64,000 nucleotides of DNA, from positions 16,409,488 through 16,473,487 of the forward strand of contig CM074520.1 in assembly GCA_037379345.1 (NCBI GenBank), in the 5' to 3' direction. How positions within the stretch are numbered: the first letter of the stretch is position 1; each line of letters begins with the position of its first letter. The notes below the pieces were generated by a model. The model made no database searches and was not told the origin of the DNA. It saw nothing but the letters and a program-made list of their open reading frames with translations. The DNA is from Perna viridis. Taxonomy: Eukaryota. A program made the position numbers and the translations under genes. This document shows positions 1 to 12,904 of the stretch, in pieces.

Positions 1-859
1 AATGCAAGCCAGACCTGAACACATCCAAATGTGTCCCAACATCGGCCATTATGCGCTGTAGAAGATCATACATGTATGTAAGCTATGTCTATGATCGAAA
101 CTATCAATTAAAAACATCATTCAAAAAAATTATTCATAGCCTCCTAAAATCAGTCAGAGACTTGTCAAATTTTGTTATTCACTAATTCAGAGATTATTAT
201 AGATCTCAATTTATGATACCAAATACTCTTAATCTATCGACCTCTTTTTTATATCAATTAAATATATTAAAAATGTGTCCCAACTTAAGCCATGGATGTA
301 TCAACAATTTTGAATGCTAGTATTTGTATTGGCCCAAATCAATGCATTTTTCTTAACTGTTTTCATACTGAATTCTCCTTCCACAATGTAAAATTAAATT
401 GCTACTCTGACATCAAAAGGTTATTCAGAGACAAATCTGGGTACATTTAGGTCAAAATAACAAGTCAGAATTCATGCACTGTCATGGCTCATGTGTTTCA
501 AAGGTCTAAACTAAAGACATTAAGTTACATGTATGCATTGCAAGTATGTCTACGATTAAGAACATCAATCAAAAATGTCAATCGAAGTGATTATTATTTA
601 GCTCCCTGTTTCTTGCCATGCTATGATTTTGAAATAAATATTAATATATGAAATGCTAAAGCCTGGGGTAAAGAAACAATCGAAATACTCAGTCATGTCA
701 GTGCTTTACCCACGCTAAACCTATTCCTCGTCATTCATTACAGAAAAATTGACGATTGAATACGGAATTACTATTGATGGGAGATATGAAAAGTCACAAA
801 CCTAGTTTCTAAACAAATGCCGCCTGAGTAATGCAATTGTAAACTTTTCTAAGACCGAT

Positions 860-965
860 TTTCGACCGCCATCTAATCAAGCTTGTGTTGTTGCTAAGGA
901 CGTCTAAAATTTTGTGTAAATCGTGACGTAGAACACACAAGAACCTGTATGACAGATGGCGGGAA
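860..965. promoter_or_regulatory. Candidate CpG-retaining promoter region
   Basis: CpG-rich patch with inverted YY1-type motifs CCGCCATCT (866-874) and AGATGGCGG (954-962), an RFX X-box-like half site GTTGCTAAGG (890-899) and CRE-like TGACGTA (924-930). Motif matching only. Confidence 0.4.
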
Positions 966-1297
966 AGGGCTTCTTCTTGATTGTATCACGAACAATGACT
1001 GACAACACACATATTGTAACCTGCACCTTTAGAAAAGAGAGGATTTTGTTTTTTCGATATAGAGAACATTATTTAAACATATCAACTCGCGTTGTTAGAT
1101 TATATTGTAAGGGCCCTGTTATGGCATATGGTCGTCCCATTAACTTTTCGTCCCTTTATCCCTTTATGATTCAGGGCTCCTTAGGGGCATATAAGCAAAA
1201 TAAACATAATGTGAGTGTATAAAGTAGAGATAATTAATGAGGATATTTAATAGACCCTTTTGTGCTAATGTTGGGGTAGTCGATGAACATTTTTTGA

Positions 1298-1762
1298 GGT
1301 CTCAGTATCGTATTAATTTTCCCATAGACTTCTATAGTGAAGTGCATATTTTTAGGATTTTTTAAAAAATATGTAAATTGATTCAATAAAACTTTCACTT
1401 ATGTAGCATTTCTAAGTACATGTGAAAAAATAATTTCCTGCAAAGAAAATAGGGTGAGTCCACGAAGATCGGACAGAAAAGTAGTCGAACTATAAATAGC
1501 CATTTTCCCTACTTTCACTTTCGTTTTGCACTCACCAAACCAACCTTTTCAGTGGAACATTTTTATGATATTATGTTAGATTTTCTCTTAAAAAAGTTCT
1601 TCATCTTCCAGTGTGATGTTTGCTCTATTTTATAAGTCACTGTTCATATCTTTTGACAAAACATTAGTTTGTAGAGAGGCAAAAGGAAAATGCACTATAT
1701 TTTTATAGCATCCATGTTTTGACGAACACCCGCTCAGGGATATGCAATACGATACTGGTACC
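1298..1762. repeat. Left long terminal direct repeat (465 bp)
   Basis: Aligns by eye to 3016-3482 with about 4 substitutions and one 2-bp indel (GTCGAAC vs GTCTTGAAC). Confidence 0.95.
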
Positions 1763-3015
1763 TATTACTAATAAACATTTCAATATAATCATAAAAGTTG
1801 TTGTTTGTCTGCTAGAGTATTCATTTTGATACTGAAAATTCAGAATATCATTGCCCTGCTGCAAACATGAGTTTTCTATTAAAATTTTTATATAGGTACC
1901 CTATTCCAGGCATAAGACTAATATCTCAATGTTAGCCAGAAAATATTACTTTTGATAAAAAGCTGCTGCATTAGTCAAACTAAGCAAATTTGTGGTTTAT
2001 TCTGACATGGTAGATACATGAGCTGTACTATGAGTTCCAAATCATTATTCAATCCCCACTTGTGAGTTCCATATATGGAAATATTAATATCCGAACCTCC
2101 TTTTTTGTCTGTAACTCAAGGGAGCCTCTTGTTTAAAGTAAGTATATGTACCGGTACAACCAACTGTTTTAAACTATAGATATGGTCATTTCGATTGTAA
2201 TAAATCCAGAAAAAATTATACCAATATCATAGTTTTAAAAAAATATAGCTTTTCATATGCAGAAAATACAGATTTTAAGCCATTTTGGTACCCCAGGCAG
2301 ATACAAATGGACCTCAATATAACAGGAAAAGGATTTTTTCTTTAAAACAGATAGTTATGATGCAAGAAAAATAGTTTACTGGTGTAAATATTATAATAAC
2401 AATTGTCTGCTTTAGATACTTTTTGAAAAAATTCAGTTTTTATATGAAAAAACACCATTATTTTTCTTGCCGCATTAGAATCTGTCCTTTTGAACCACTA
2501 AAAAAAGTCCACTAAAAAATTGGCTGTTGACTTTTGTGACATTTCTGTGTTTAAATCAACCACACAGTTATATGGCAACTCATTTTAGCTATTTATTTGG
2601 AAGAAAAACAAAAAATTAAAAAAATATTCATTTTTTCATACATAAGAGGCAATGTATGGAAAATGACTATTTTCAAGTCTTAACCACATACTTAAAATGT
2701 GTTGTAACTTGAAAAGTATCCTTTATGCAGGAGTATTACTTGCTTTAGGTTACCTGAATATAGATATGCTCATCATAAATAGTAAAGATAATAATTTTAT
2801 TGAACTGATATCCTACAAATTCATGAAAACAAAATGCATTTCCAAATTTGGTAAAGATTAACCATAAATGCAAAAAACCAGACCTACCATAAAAAATCAG
2901 GTTCAAAATTTGACTAATTCATCTTAAAAGTGTTACCTGCATTGGGGTACTACTTTTTCAGCTGGTAAAGACCACTTGCTGAATATCAAACTTTACTTGA
3001 AAAACTGGCTTACTA

Positions 3016-3482
3016 GGTCTCAGTATCGTATTAATTTTCCCATAGACTTCTATAGTGAAGTGCATATTTTTAGGATTTTTAAAAAAATATGTAAATTGAT
3101 TCAATAAAACTTTCACTTATGTAGCATTTCTAAGGACATGTGAAAAAATAATTTCCCGCAAAGAAAATAGGGTGAGTCCACGAAGATCGGACAGAAAAGT
3201 AGTCTTGAACTATAAATAGCCATTTTCCCTACTTTCACTTTCGTTTTGCACTCACCAAACCAACCTTTTCAGTGGAACATTTTTATGATATTATGTTAGA
3301 TTTTCTCTTAAAAAAGTTCTTCATCTTCCAGTGTGATGTTTGCTCTATTTTATAAGTCATTGTTCATATCTTTTGACAAAACATTAGTTTGTAGAGAGGC
3401 AAAAGGAAAATGCACTATATTTTTATAGCATCCATGTTTTGACGAACACCCGCTCAGGGATATGCAATACGATACTGGTACC
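3016..3482. repeat. Right long terminal direct repeat (467 bp)
   Basis: Direct copy of 1298-1762 with the same TIRs. Confidence 0.95.
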
Positions 3483-5276
3483 TTGAGCATCCTCAATATA
3501 CACTTCCGTGAGGAAAATTCTTTTGTTCTACCTAAGCCCTACCTCGCAGATGTGTATATTGAGCGTGCTCACCAACTTACCACAAAAGGGTCTATAGCAA
3601 TACAAAAATATAATATTATAACCCATTCAAGTATGTTTTTGTAATGGTTTTCTTAAATTATTAATAGAAAAGTTACCATTTTTTTTCTATATATTTATAT
3701 GAGAATGAGCGTCATACAGTGTAAATACATGCTTTAAAAAAAGACCATTGGTTATTGTAACTTTTAGATGACTCGCATTCATTTCTGTTCTGGAAAAGTT
3801 CTTTAATTATATTTAGGTCAACAGGCATAAGATCCAGTGTCATTTCAATGGAGTAGAGGGAACAGAAACTTGATTTTACTACTGCCAGGAATTTATAAAT
3901 GATACACGTGTTATAAAAACATTTCAGATATTTTAACTTTCGGAGACATATTTCCACGTAACTGTTATTGTTCTTGCAGCCTTTAAATCTGATATCCTTT
4001 CTTTATCTATATAAAACCGTAAACTAATTTCTACCAGATTCACTGTAAATGGCAAATATGAAAGTCGTCTGTTGTAGAAAAATATTTTTACTTATTTGTA
4101 AGTGCTTATTGGACATATACATTTCCGATCGTTTGGTTTTCAATGCTAATGAGAGGATATGATTTCTTATTGTAAGTTTAATAAGGGACTTTATTATATA
4201 TGTGCACTCCCCACAGGCACTTGCCTCCAAAAAAAAAAAGAGTCAATCAATCCGTATACCATGTCATAAGCTGTGGTAAGGTATAGATTAAATTTGTTTT
4301 AGAGAGAAGTGCCTGTGACACTCCCTGGTTTAATTTATATTTGAGAAGTAATGGATATTTTTTTATGAAGCCATTGATGAAAGATATGTTGACTGTTAAA
4401 GAAAAAAATGTCATTGATTTACATATACTTCACCATTTAGTACTGTTTTGATTTCATTGTGTAATGAATATTTATATATATAGTACTGTGACCTGCAAAA
4501 GGGGTGCAAAAGAAAAAATACTGATAATTTAAAATGCTTTTTTTCTGTTTCAAGAAGTAGAGAAGTAGGATTTATTGGGTTAATAGTTGAAAAGCCCTGA
4601 TAATAACATTGGAATTTGCTGAGTTGTTTTTCTTCAAATCTGGTGTTCAGAAATTGAAAGAATAGGCCCCCCTCCCCGGGTTGTGCCAAAACCTACGCGA
4701 CAGTCCCGATCTCGTATTAGTAGTCAAACAAAATTATCTTGGTAATTTATGAAATGTTACCTTGCAAATTAGTTGTTTATTGTCAAAATAAAATTGAACA
4801 AGAAGCAAATGATCAACATTTTCTTGTTTCATGATGATGAATCTGTTGAAATATAATTTTATTTTTAAAATATGAGTTCAGAGATGGAGTACTTTAAATA
4901 CTTGAAAAACTTCAATGGGAGGGAATATTCGAAAATGGAAAAGTTTTTGATGAATTTAAAAACAAATGAAAAGATAGTTGAAGAAAGAAAAAGAAAGGCA
5001 GAAGATAGTCGAATCCTAGAGAAAACATGATAGTACAGACAAAAAACAAAAAAAAATTTTTCTAGTTGAATTTTTATTTGGCTAGCAAGATCAATATTCT
5101 ATTAGCCAGTATGGCAAGTTGTGAAAAAAATGGTTTCCCACAATGACTAAAAACTGATTAGATGACATTTCAACTACATTTATACCTTGAAATTTTAGAC
5201 TAATTTGAAAATTTTACAATTTCAGTACAGTAGGTAATTAACTGCCGATATACATTTCTTAAGTTTTTTTTTTCAG

Positions 5277-5330
5277 ATTTTAAGTCGATGCTCATCAGTG
5301 TAGCTGTTTGAAGATCACTATCAAACACAG
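5277..5330 (+). other. Candidate non-coding 5'UTR exon
   Basis: Long poly-T tract + CAG acceptor; CAG|GTGTGC donor; stops in all three frames. Confidence 0.45.
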
Positions 5331-7386
5331 GTGTGCTAATTTATTTGTAGCATGACAGGTGATGATTTAAGGCACTACCCATTCCAGAAGGTTGATTTTA
5401 CAGACAGCCAGAATTTATTTTGGTGTTTTTAATTGTTTATCACAATTACCATCATTCATATTTAACAAGTTTTTTTAGGATATAAAACTCAATATTGACA
5501 TATTTACTGTTTGAAACTCAAGAATTTGATAAAGTACATGAAGTTCTAAAAGCTGTCCTTGGGAATATGACTGCTCCATTACTCCTGAGTCATTTGACAT
5601 ACTTTTTTTGGTTTTTGGAGAATTCACATAGGGCTTATTTTTGGTCCTCCGAACACTTTTGTTGTGGGATTTGTTTATGCAAAATACCCAGCTTTACAAT
5701 TATAAAACATTTCATTCTTTTATTTTGGCTTATCCCTAGAGTAAAAAAATATTTCTCCAATGTTGATTAGGCTTTTTACAGTCTTCACTATCGTTTTCAG
5801 GTCTTGCACAACTTAATTCTCCAGGGGAATTCTACTAGTTCCTGTGACTTTTATTAGATGTCTAAAAGTTGTTGGTGGTTGAGTCCTGTCTTTGGGATGC
5901 CTCTCTGGGATTCAATTTAAGAAATATTTCAACTATCTAATTTTAGCAGGTACCAAAATATTCCACTTGCTAAATCTCGGTTCCTTCATTTATTTCTTTA
6001 CTACACTTGTAAAATTTGCAGCATCCCACAAGCAAATTTTAGCAAGTGGAAATAATTTCTACACTTTTACTTTGGTGACTCACTCTATGCAAAATGACAG
6101 CTGTGCTAAATGACCCCGGAGTGAAAGAGGAGTTTACAACAGAGCTTGGTCCAAGTATGGCTCAAAGCAATTTTTTTTAATGAAATAGTCACAGTATACT
6201 GTACAGACATTTCTTTGATACATATTTGTTTTAAATTGGATATTATTAATTTAGGGTTTGCATATAAAAATCTCCTACTCATTTTTGGTGTTAGTCAGGG
6301 AGATCAGATTGATATATTTTTTTAAGACAAAATGTCCCTCATCTCTCAGCAAGATATAACATTGTTACCAGGATGTCAATGTCCATTGTAGAGTAACAGG
6401 TTTAACTGATAACCAAAGGAAACAAAGCAAAAAAGATGGACACAACATAAAACTGAGAAGAAAGAATTTGAATGAAATGGTAACTATGAATATAATAACT
6501 GATAGTCGTCAATTTATTTCATGTAAAAGAGTGGAAGACCCAGACGGAAAATTTCATTAATATGGGACTACAAATTCATGTATTATAAAGAAAAACAATG
6601 AATACTGGTTTGTAATTTACTAAAATGACCAGAATGAAATGAATTACATAGAAAGCACTAGAATCTTAAAAATAAAGGGAAATTACTCTGGAATATTTTA
6701 ACATTTGATTGATATTTATGGGAACTTAGAACATATATTCTGAGTCATCTACTCTGACATCACAAGTTCAACATTACATTGGAATAAAAAAAAATTGGGA
6801 TAAAACTTACTCTGTACCATCCATATCATTTGGGCTGTCTGGTTTCTGCATGGATAGTCACTTAACACTTATATAAGTATTTTATTTGGGCAAAGCTGAT
6901 GAAAATTTGCTTTATCAAAATTGTTCTCTTGAATTTTCAAAATATATTTATACATCTAGCAAGTGATTTCAAAAGCCCTATTTCACATGTGATGATAAAT
7001 GGGGAGATGATACTAACAAGGAAGTAAATATATATTTTTAAATTAATTTCATGGATCCAAGTCTAGATGAGATCAAACTATACCATTTTGTAAAAGTATT
7101 GCCTAATCCATTTGTTGTAAGCGTGGTTTATTTTTAAACATGAAAAAATGTGAAAGTTACAAAATTCTACAATTATGTAATCAATGTTCTAAAAGCAATA
7201 CATGCCAATGATACTTTGGAATGGTTAGTGCCAGATTTAGATAGAATACACATTGTATACTTGGTTGATAGAGGAAACACCTGTTATTATCAGGTGAAGA
7301 CACTGAAATTAATCAGATACTTCTTGCTTCTAATGATCAGACAGATTATCCATTAAAGAGTTCAAGAGGTTGTGTTTTCTTTGCAG

Positions 7387-7470
7387 TAGATCCAAGAAAA
7401 ACACTGCTGCTATGCACAGTGTATCAAAGAGGAAGACTTAGAAGCTGTTTTTGTATGATCCAAATGTATG
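7387..7470 (+). other. Candidate 5'UTR exon
   Basis: TTTTCTTTGCAG acceptor (CAGTAG tandem acceptor) and ATG|GTAATT donor. Confidence 0.4.
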
Positions 7471-7946
7471 GTAATTTAAGTAATGTAATCAAAATTCTTT
7501 GAAATGTATCTTCTGAAATTGATTTTGAATGCTGTAAATCAACTTGTTTCCACAAGCATAAAGAAACCTTGAAAATAAATCACAGTGAACAAGCCTCTTT
7601 CTTGGGGAAAGTGTCCAATGGAAAATGGAATAGCCACAATTGGGTTGATCTTAATTGCCTAAATAAGTGTCTGTGAAAAAATTGATTTATACATGTAGTA
7701 ATATCTGTATTAATGCTTTTTTTTTGCATTGTGTAATGTGATCTTTACATATATTTTACAAAATTATTTATAACTTTGCTTTTTATAAGATAATGATCAA
7801 ATCTATGATAAAAATAAAACATTCTTCTTGACAGTGACTTAAATATCCATTGGCTCGGATGTATATAATAGTCATTAGTGTTTACGTTTTTGCATTATGT
7901 ATTTGTAATTACACATGTCACTTTAATAAATAATTTACTTACTTAA

Positions 7947-8158
7947 GGAGGTAGACCTAGGGTAAGGGACCTAACTTTTGAAATCAGTGATATGTTTGTA
8001 TTATATTCAATTTCACCAAAGCCTATTAAGCTTCCATTTGAAATAGAATGAAATTATTCCAAGTTACTTACATGCTTACTTGAGATTGATGTAAAATGTT
8101 TAACACAAATGTTCCAATGATTTGTAAGAGTTATGTCCCATAACCCAAGTCTACCTCC
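7947..8158. mobile_element. Kolobok-like MITE (212 bp, TTAA TSD)
   Basis: TTAA at 7943-7946 and 8159-8162; ~30-bp imperfect TIRs GGAGGTAGACCTAGGGTAAGGGACCTAACT vs GGAGGTAGACTTGGGTTATGGGACATAACT. Confidence 0.85.
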
Positions 8159-8979
8159 TTAAATGCAAAAAAGTCTTTCTCAAGCAAATTGGAAGTAGGG
8201 AAATGAAGTATTGTTCTGTAAAGTGATATTGAAGGTAACAATTAGATCTAACTTCCTCCAGGGTATTAAGTGTTTGCACCAGTTTTGTGTGTTTTTGTAC
8301 CACAACTTATTTACAAAAATGTGAATTCATTTTCACAAATAGTAATCATATTTCATATGGTAAAATCAAACACAAATGATAAAATGGATAAAATAATATT
8401 TTGGTATTTTGTACATTATTTAATGCACTAGTCTTTTTTCAACTGCACATTCTAAACTGAGAGTTAAAAAGTAAAAAAAAAAAGGTCAAGTTGAAGGTCA
8501 TGGCTTGACCACACTTTATCTTTACTATTGCTCTGGAAAGTTGTGGGATCTTGATAACATTGTAATCAATGTCGGATAGGTTAAATGGATTTCTGCTGTT
8601 CACTTAATGCAATATGCAAATTTAAATAACTGGATTAAATATGATGTAACTTTGGCAAGAGAGATAACTCCGTTCAATCATGTAGTCAAGATAAGAAAAA
8701 AAGATAGGTGATCTGTTGATTTAATCATTCCTATTTCCTGCTGATCAGTTTCTTGCCAGATATCAATAATTTTCATAGATTTAGCCATTCACAAGAAGTA
8801 TGTGCTCTGAAAGAACTATCAGGAATATTATATTGTTGTCAATGAGCCAGAAATTGGAGCACCTGTTCTCAAGTTTTATATGTATATGTTTTTGGATTAA
8901 GTTTTGCCAAAAATCTGTGTTTTGAAATTGGAATAAGAATATTAACAGCAGATTTTTATGTCTCTTTATTTCGTCAAAG

Positions 8980-9060
8980 TGAGAGGTCATATGAAGAGCA
9001 GTGAAGAGAAAGGAGTTAAAAGGGGATTTAACAAGGCAGCTTTGTAAGCTCTGTTCATAG
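8980..9060 (+). other. Candidate 5'UTR exon
   Basis: Pyrimidine tract + AAG acceptor, purine-rich body, strong TAG|GTAAGA donor; stops in all frames. Confidence 0.4.
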
Positions 9061-12000
9061 GTAAGACATTAAAAACTATTTTTGTACTATAATAGAAATC
9101 TATCCAAAAATTATGGAAGAATATTTGTTGACAGAAAAAAAAGTTTTGAAATGATTACAGGGGTGGATCTAGAAATAAAAAAAAAAAAAGAGGAGGGATG
9201 GGGTTCTAGAGGGGTTCAACCTTTGGAACAACTTGAACTGCCACACTTAATTAATATGCGAGCACAGTTCTTTCAAAAAATAGATGATATTTCGTGTAAT
9301 AGAAATTTATATGAACTTTTACATTTTTTTACAAATACGCTGTAAACTGTTGAAACCAAACCTGTTCTAAGATGAAGAATTCACTTGGTTCAATTTTATA
9401 CTGTCAACTTTTTTCTTAGGAAGACCACACTTACAATATATATCTGTAACTAGTAGTTGCTCTTTCTTCTCCATGACTATTTTTTTCATACCCTATCTTA
9501 CATTTGTACACATTTGGAACAATTAGTAGGTCTAATTTTAATTAGATTGAGCTTCAAGTTTAAGCATTTTTTTGCCATATTATGATTATGAAGTTAGATA
9601 GGCTTATCTTGTTGTGTCTATTGCATGGATTAGTATTGCCCATTACCTTTGGTTGACCACACTTCCTAATGAACCATAGACCAGTTTGTCTGAACCTACC
9701 ACAATAACAGTGTAGGTGTTCTATCTCTAAGTAATTTGGATAATTACATTAGTTAGGCCTATTAGTTTTGGTTGACCAACAAACCTTTAGCTGCAATATT
9801 ACCATCCCTGCAGCTGCTAACACAGCTGAGGAGTATATAGGAATCACCTTGTTGGTCTGCTTGTCTGTCTGTCTTTGGGATTTTTTATTCTAGGTTGTTG
9901 GACAAAAGTTATATGAAATGGATCAAATTCAGTCAAAAAGGAATTCATAAATAACTGCTGATGAAATTAGCACCGATCTCCATAAGTTTATGACTGGTCT
10001 TGAAGTAACTGATTCAGTGGAAAACTTTTTATTGCTGAAATATGTTCAGTGCTTATTAAAATTAATCTTTTATACAACCAGGATTGTGAAGAAATATTTG
10101 ATCATTTAAAAAATGATTTGAATTGCACTGAAACATTTTCTGCCATATACACATATACTATATACACCATATTGTCAGTCAAAAGATCTCACTTCACCAT
10201 GCTGTTGTAGTAATGTTATTAAAATGTCAACAGTGTGTTAAAAAAAGTACTATAATTGGGAAAAAGATGACATGATTGTTTTGCTTTCATGGTATTCATT
10301 AAAAATCTCTATAATAATTTTCTTCCAGCCAGAGATACATGGCTTCATGCTGCATACTCTTATTCATAGATAAGTTGTAATAAATTGTATATTATTTCTG
10401 TCTGACATTTTGTCAGATGACCTGACAGCTCCTGTCTGACCGGAACAAGAAATTCTGGCTTCCTGAAGACAGATTGCATTCAGGTGACTGCACTGGGCTA
10501 AATATCTTTCTTTGATGTACATTGCTTATTCAGATATTTTTACCGGTATATACTCTTGCAAATATGTAGGGTTTTCAGTGTTCTAGGATTCCCATCACCG
10601 AGGGCATGTGAAAGTTTAGTATGGGAATGTTAGTTTCCACTTTCCTTTTTGTAAGTAGAAAACTTGAAATTTGTTAAGTTTAGAAAGCTAACTTTACATG
10701 TTGGAAAGTTAATCTTCATTTAGAATTTCCCCATTGAAACCTAAAATTTGGAAAAAATCCTAGAGTACTGGTTTTACTCATGATAAGGATGTGAAATCCG
10801 CTTGCTGTTCATGAGTCAGTCTCATTAATGAGAAAAAATAATAGCATTTGTTGTTTTGGTGGTACCAATTTTTAGTTGGGAGGCAAAAGCATATGACAAA
10901 ATTGTGAAGATATCTCACAGACTAATGATATATTTTTAGTGGAACAAAAAGACTATTTGAAGAAACATTGACATGTTGGTCAGACAAAGTTGCAAAAAAA
11001 CTATGTCAGCACATATATGTTCATCCTAGATTACCTGCTTAGCATGTTTTTCTCACCTCATTTACCTCCAATAAGGGTGAATAAGTACAGGAGGTAAGCT
11101 CATTTGCTTAGAGATCAACCTTTATAATGAAACACATGCTTTCGTCTGGTTTTAACACATAAAAATAACATGAAATTGGCACTTCTTAGGTAATGGAAGG
11201 TGAACCATTAGTTAATCCCCATTACCTATGGTTGACCACCAGTTGTAATGAATGACATGCTTCCTGTCTGCATCAACAACCATAGAAGCTGTTAAATGTA
11301 TGTTTTTCTCACCTATGGCAATTGAAGACAGGATTTATTTAATTACCAACACTGCAGCCAAACAAAATAGATCAATCTAAAAAAATGATACCAGGTCCAG
11401 ATCAGGAAGACATTATCACCACTCTCAGTGGAAGCTTCCTGCAAAAATCATTTAGATTTATTACAATCAATTATTTGCTAAAAACTGCAACAGGTCTGGA
11501 GTGCATTTGCAGGTTGTTACCTTGAAATTTTCTGTTTCCTCTCATTATAATGATGATGTGCATGATTTGCTGCCATGAAATGACTCTTTTTGCTTTATCA
11601 TATATATAAAATGAATTATTTTTTATATTTTACATCTGGCTGTAATGACATTTTTCATGAATACCAGAAATGGAGGGGGACAAATTTATTGCCCCCATAA
11701 ACATAATGAGGGTGCTTCTACATGGTTTATAGTCGTGCAGAAAAAATTTGTAGGTGTGTTTTGGTTTTTTTTATTGATATGACAATAAAAACTGTAATAA
11801 TGTACCATCAAAAGTGACAAGGTGGTCCTTAGATAGATAAACATTTCTAGCTGGTCCAATGAGGACTTAAACATCTTGAATTTTTGTCCCCCTCCCCCAT
11901 CCATGTTGTGATTTTTCTTCTTTAACTTTTGTACTAACTATGATAATTGATTTTCTGTATCTTTTATATTGATTTAACATAATTCTTTTCTGGTACCCTA

Positions 12001-12507
12001 GTTGATTTGATGAGAGTTGGAGAATGAAGAAAGTCTTGTGTTCCAAAACAAAAAAAAATCATCTTCTCTATTGATCACAATTTAAGGTAATGAAATACTA
12101 CCCTACCAGTAAAGACTTTTATCAACTTTGAAAAGATGGAAATTTCCTAAACCATTTGGAGCCTAATGTACATGTACTGTATCCTTTTAATAGACAGAAT
12201 TCTTATAAAAATGTTACGCATTACAATTACACTGTAGCCAGCAATTTCTTCATACTGTCAAAACAGAACTGGACATAAGGTGGGGGGGGGGGGAATTTGG
12301 TATTGAAAAGTAGAGTTATCTCCCTTCAACAGTATTAATTGAATTGCAGACAGTCATAACTTTGTCGCCTTTCAGTAGGATTGATGACAGTAGATCAAAG
12401 TAACTCCACTCTGATATTTCACAATATAAGTAATTTGTCAAACCATGAAAATATATGTCATTGTCTTCTGAAGGACAAAAGACAAACCAAAGTTAATTGG
12501 GTGTTAA

Positions 12508-12904
12508 GTAGCTGTCTTTGTAAGAATCATGCAAAATCTGATAAATGTGATACATCCCAAAAAATGCCACATATGGTTATTTTTTGTAATTAAGTTGTTT
12601 TATGGGTATATACTATGAAATGTGTAATAAATCATTCACATCTGTCTGGTCTAAGGTGATAATCCACATTGAAAATCCAGGAGATTCTATTGTATTTGAG
12701 CGCCATTTACAGAGTTATCTCCCTTAATTTTGAAAGCTACAGTGCATTCTATATAATTTTTATCTCCTAAGAGCACAGTTTATATGAAAAACCACATGTT
12801 TATTTCTGTTTACTATGACATTTCAAACAAAATATCAAAAATAAAAATATGTAAGCTTTTTATCCATGAATCACATTTTGCATGATTCTTAGCTGGAGTG
12901 CTAC
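12508..12904 (+). mobile_element. ~397-bp TTAA-flanked TIR element (Kolobok-like), copy A
   Basis: TTAA|GTAGC..TAAGAATCATGCAAAAT at left and ATTTTGCATGATTCTTA..GCTAC|TTGA at right; aligns end to end with the reverse complement of 13555-13943. Confidence 0.75.

Larger units (their letters stand above)
1298..3482. mobile_element. Non-autonomous composite-like DNA transposon (KolobokP-type: LTDR-internal-LTDR)
   Basis: Two near-identical direct repeats (1298-1762, 3016-3482) flank a 1253-bp interior with no long ORF. Each repeat has 17-bp TIRs (GGTCTCAGTATCGTATT vs GGTACCAGTATCGTATT, 15/17). GG...CC termini, and a 4-bp TSD TTGA at 1294-1297 and 3483-3486 around the whole unit only. Confidence 0.85.
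1250..3595. mobile_element. ~157-bp palindromic MITE interrupted by the composite transposon
   Basis: Left end ATAGACCCTTTTGTGCTAATGTTGG (1250-) is the inverted match of right end CCAACTTACCACAAAAGGGTCTAT (-3595). Inner arms GAGCATCCTCAATATACAC and GTGTATATTGAGCGTGCTC are also inverted. Removing the insert restores one hairpin element. Confidence 0.75.

Noticed and set aside
1-620. Diverged internal repeats (AATGTGTCCCAAC at ~28 and ~272; ~68-145 similar to ~526-607)
   Set aside because: Probably the decayed end of a repeat cut by the window edge; cannot be classified from what is visible.
1298-3482. LTR retrotransposon or TRIM
   Set aside because: The repeats end GG...CC with 17-bp TIRs rather than TG...CA, I see no primer-binding site or polypurine tract, and the TTAA-like TSD fits Kolobok-type DNA transposons better.
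6890-9975. CTGATGA hammerhead-core matches near 6896 and 9958
   Set aside because: No stem II and GAAA core arrangement follows either match.
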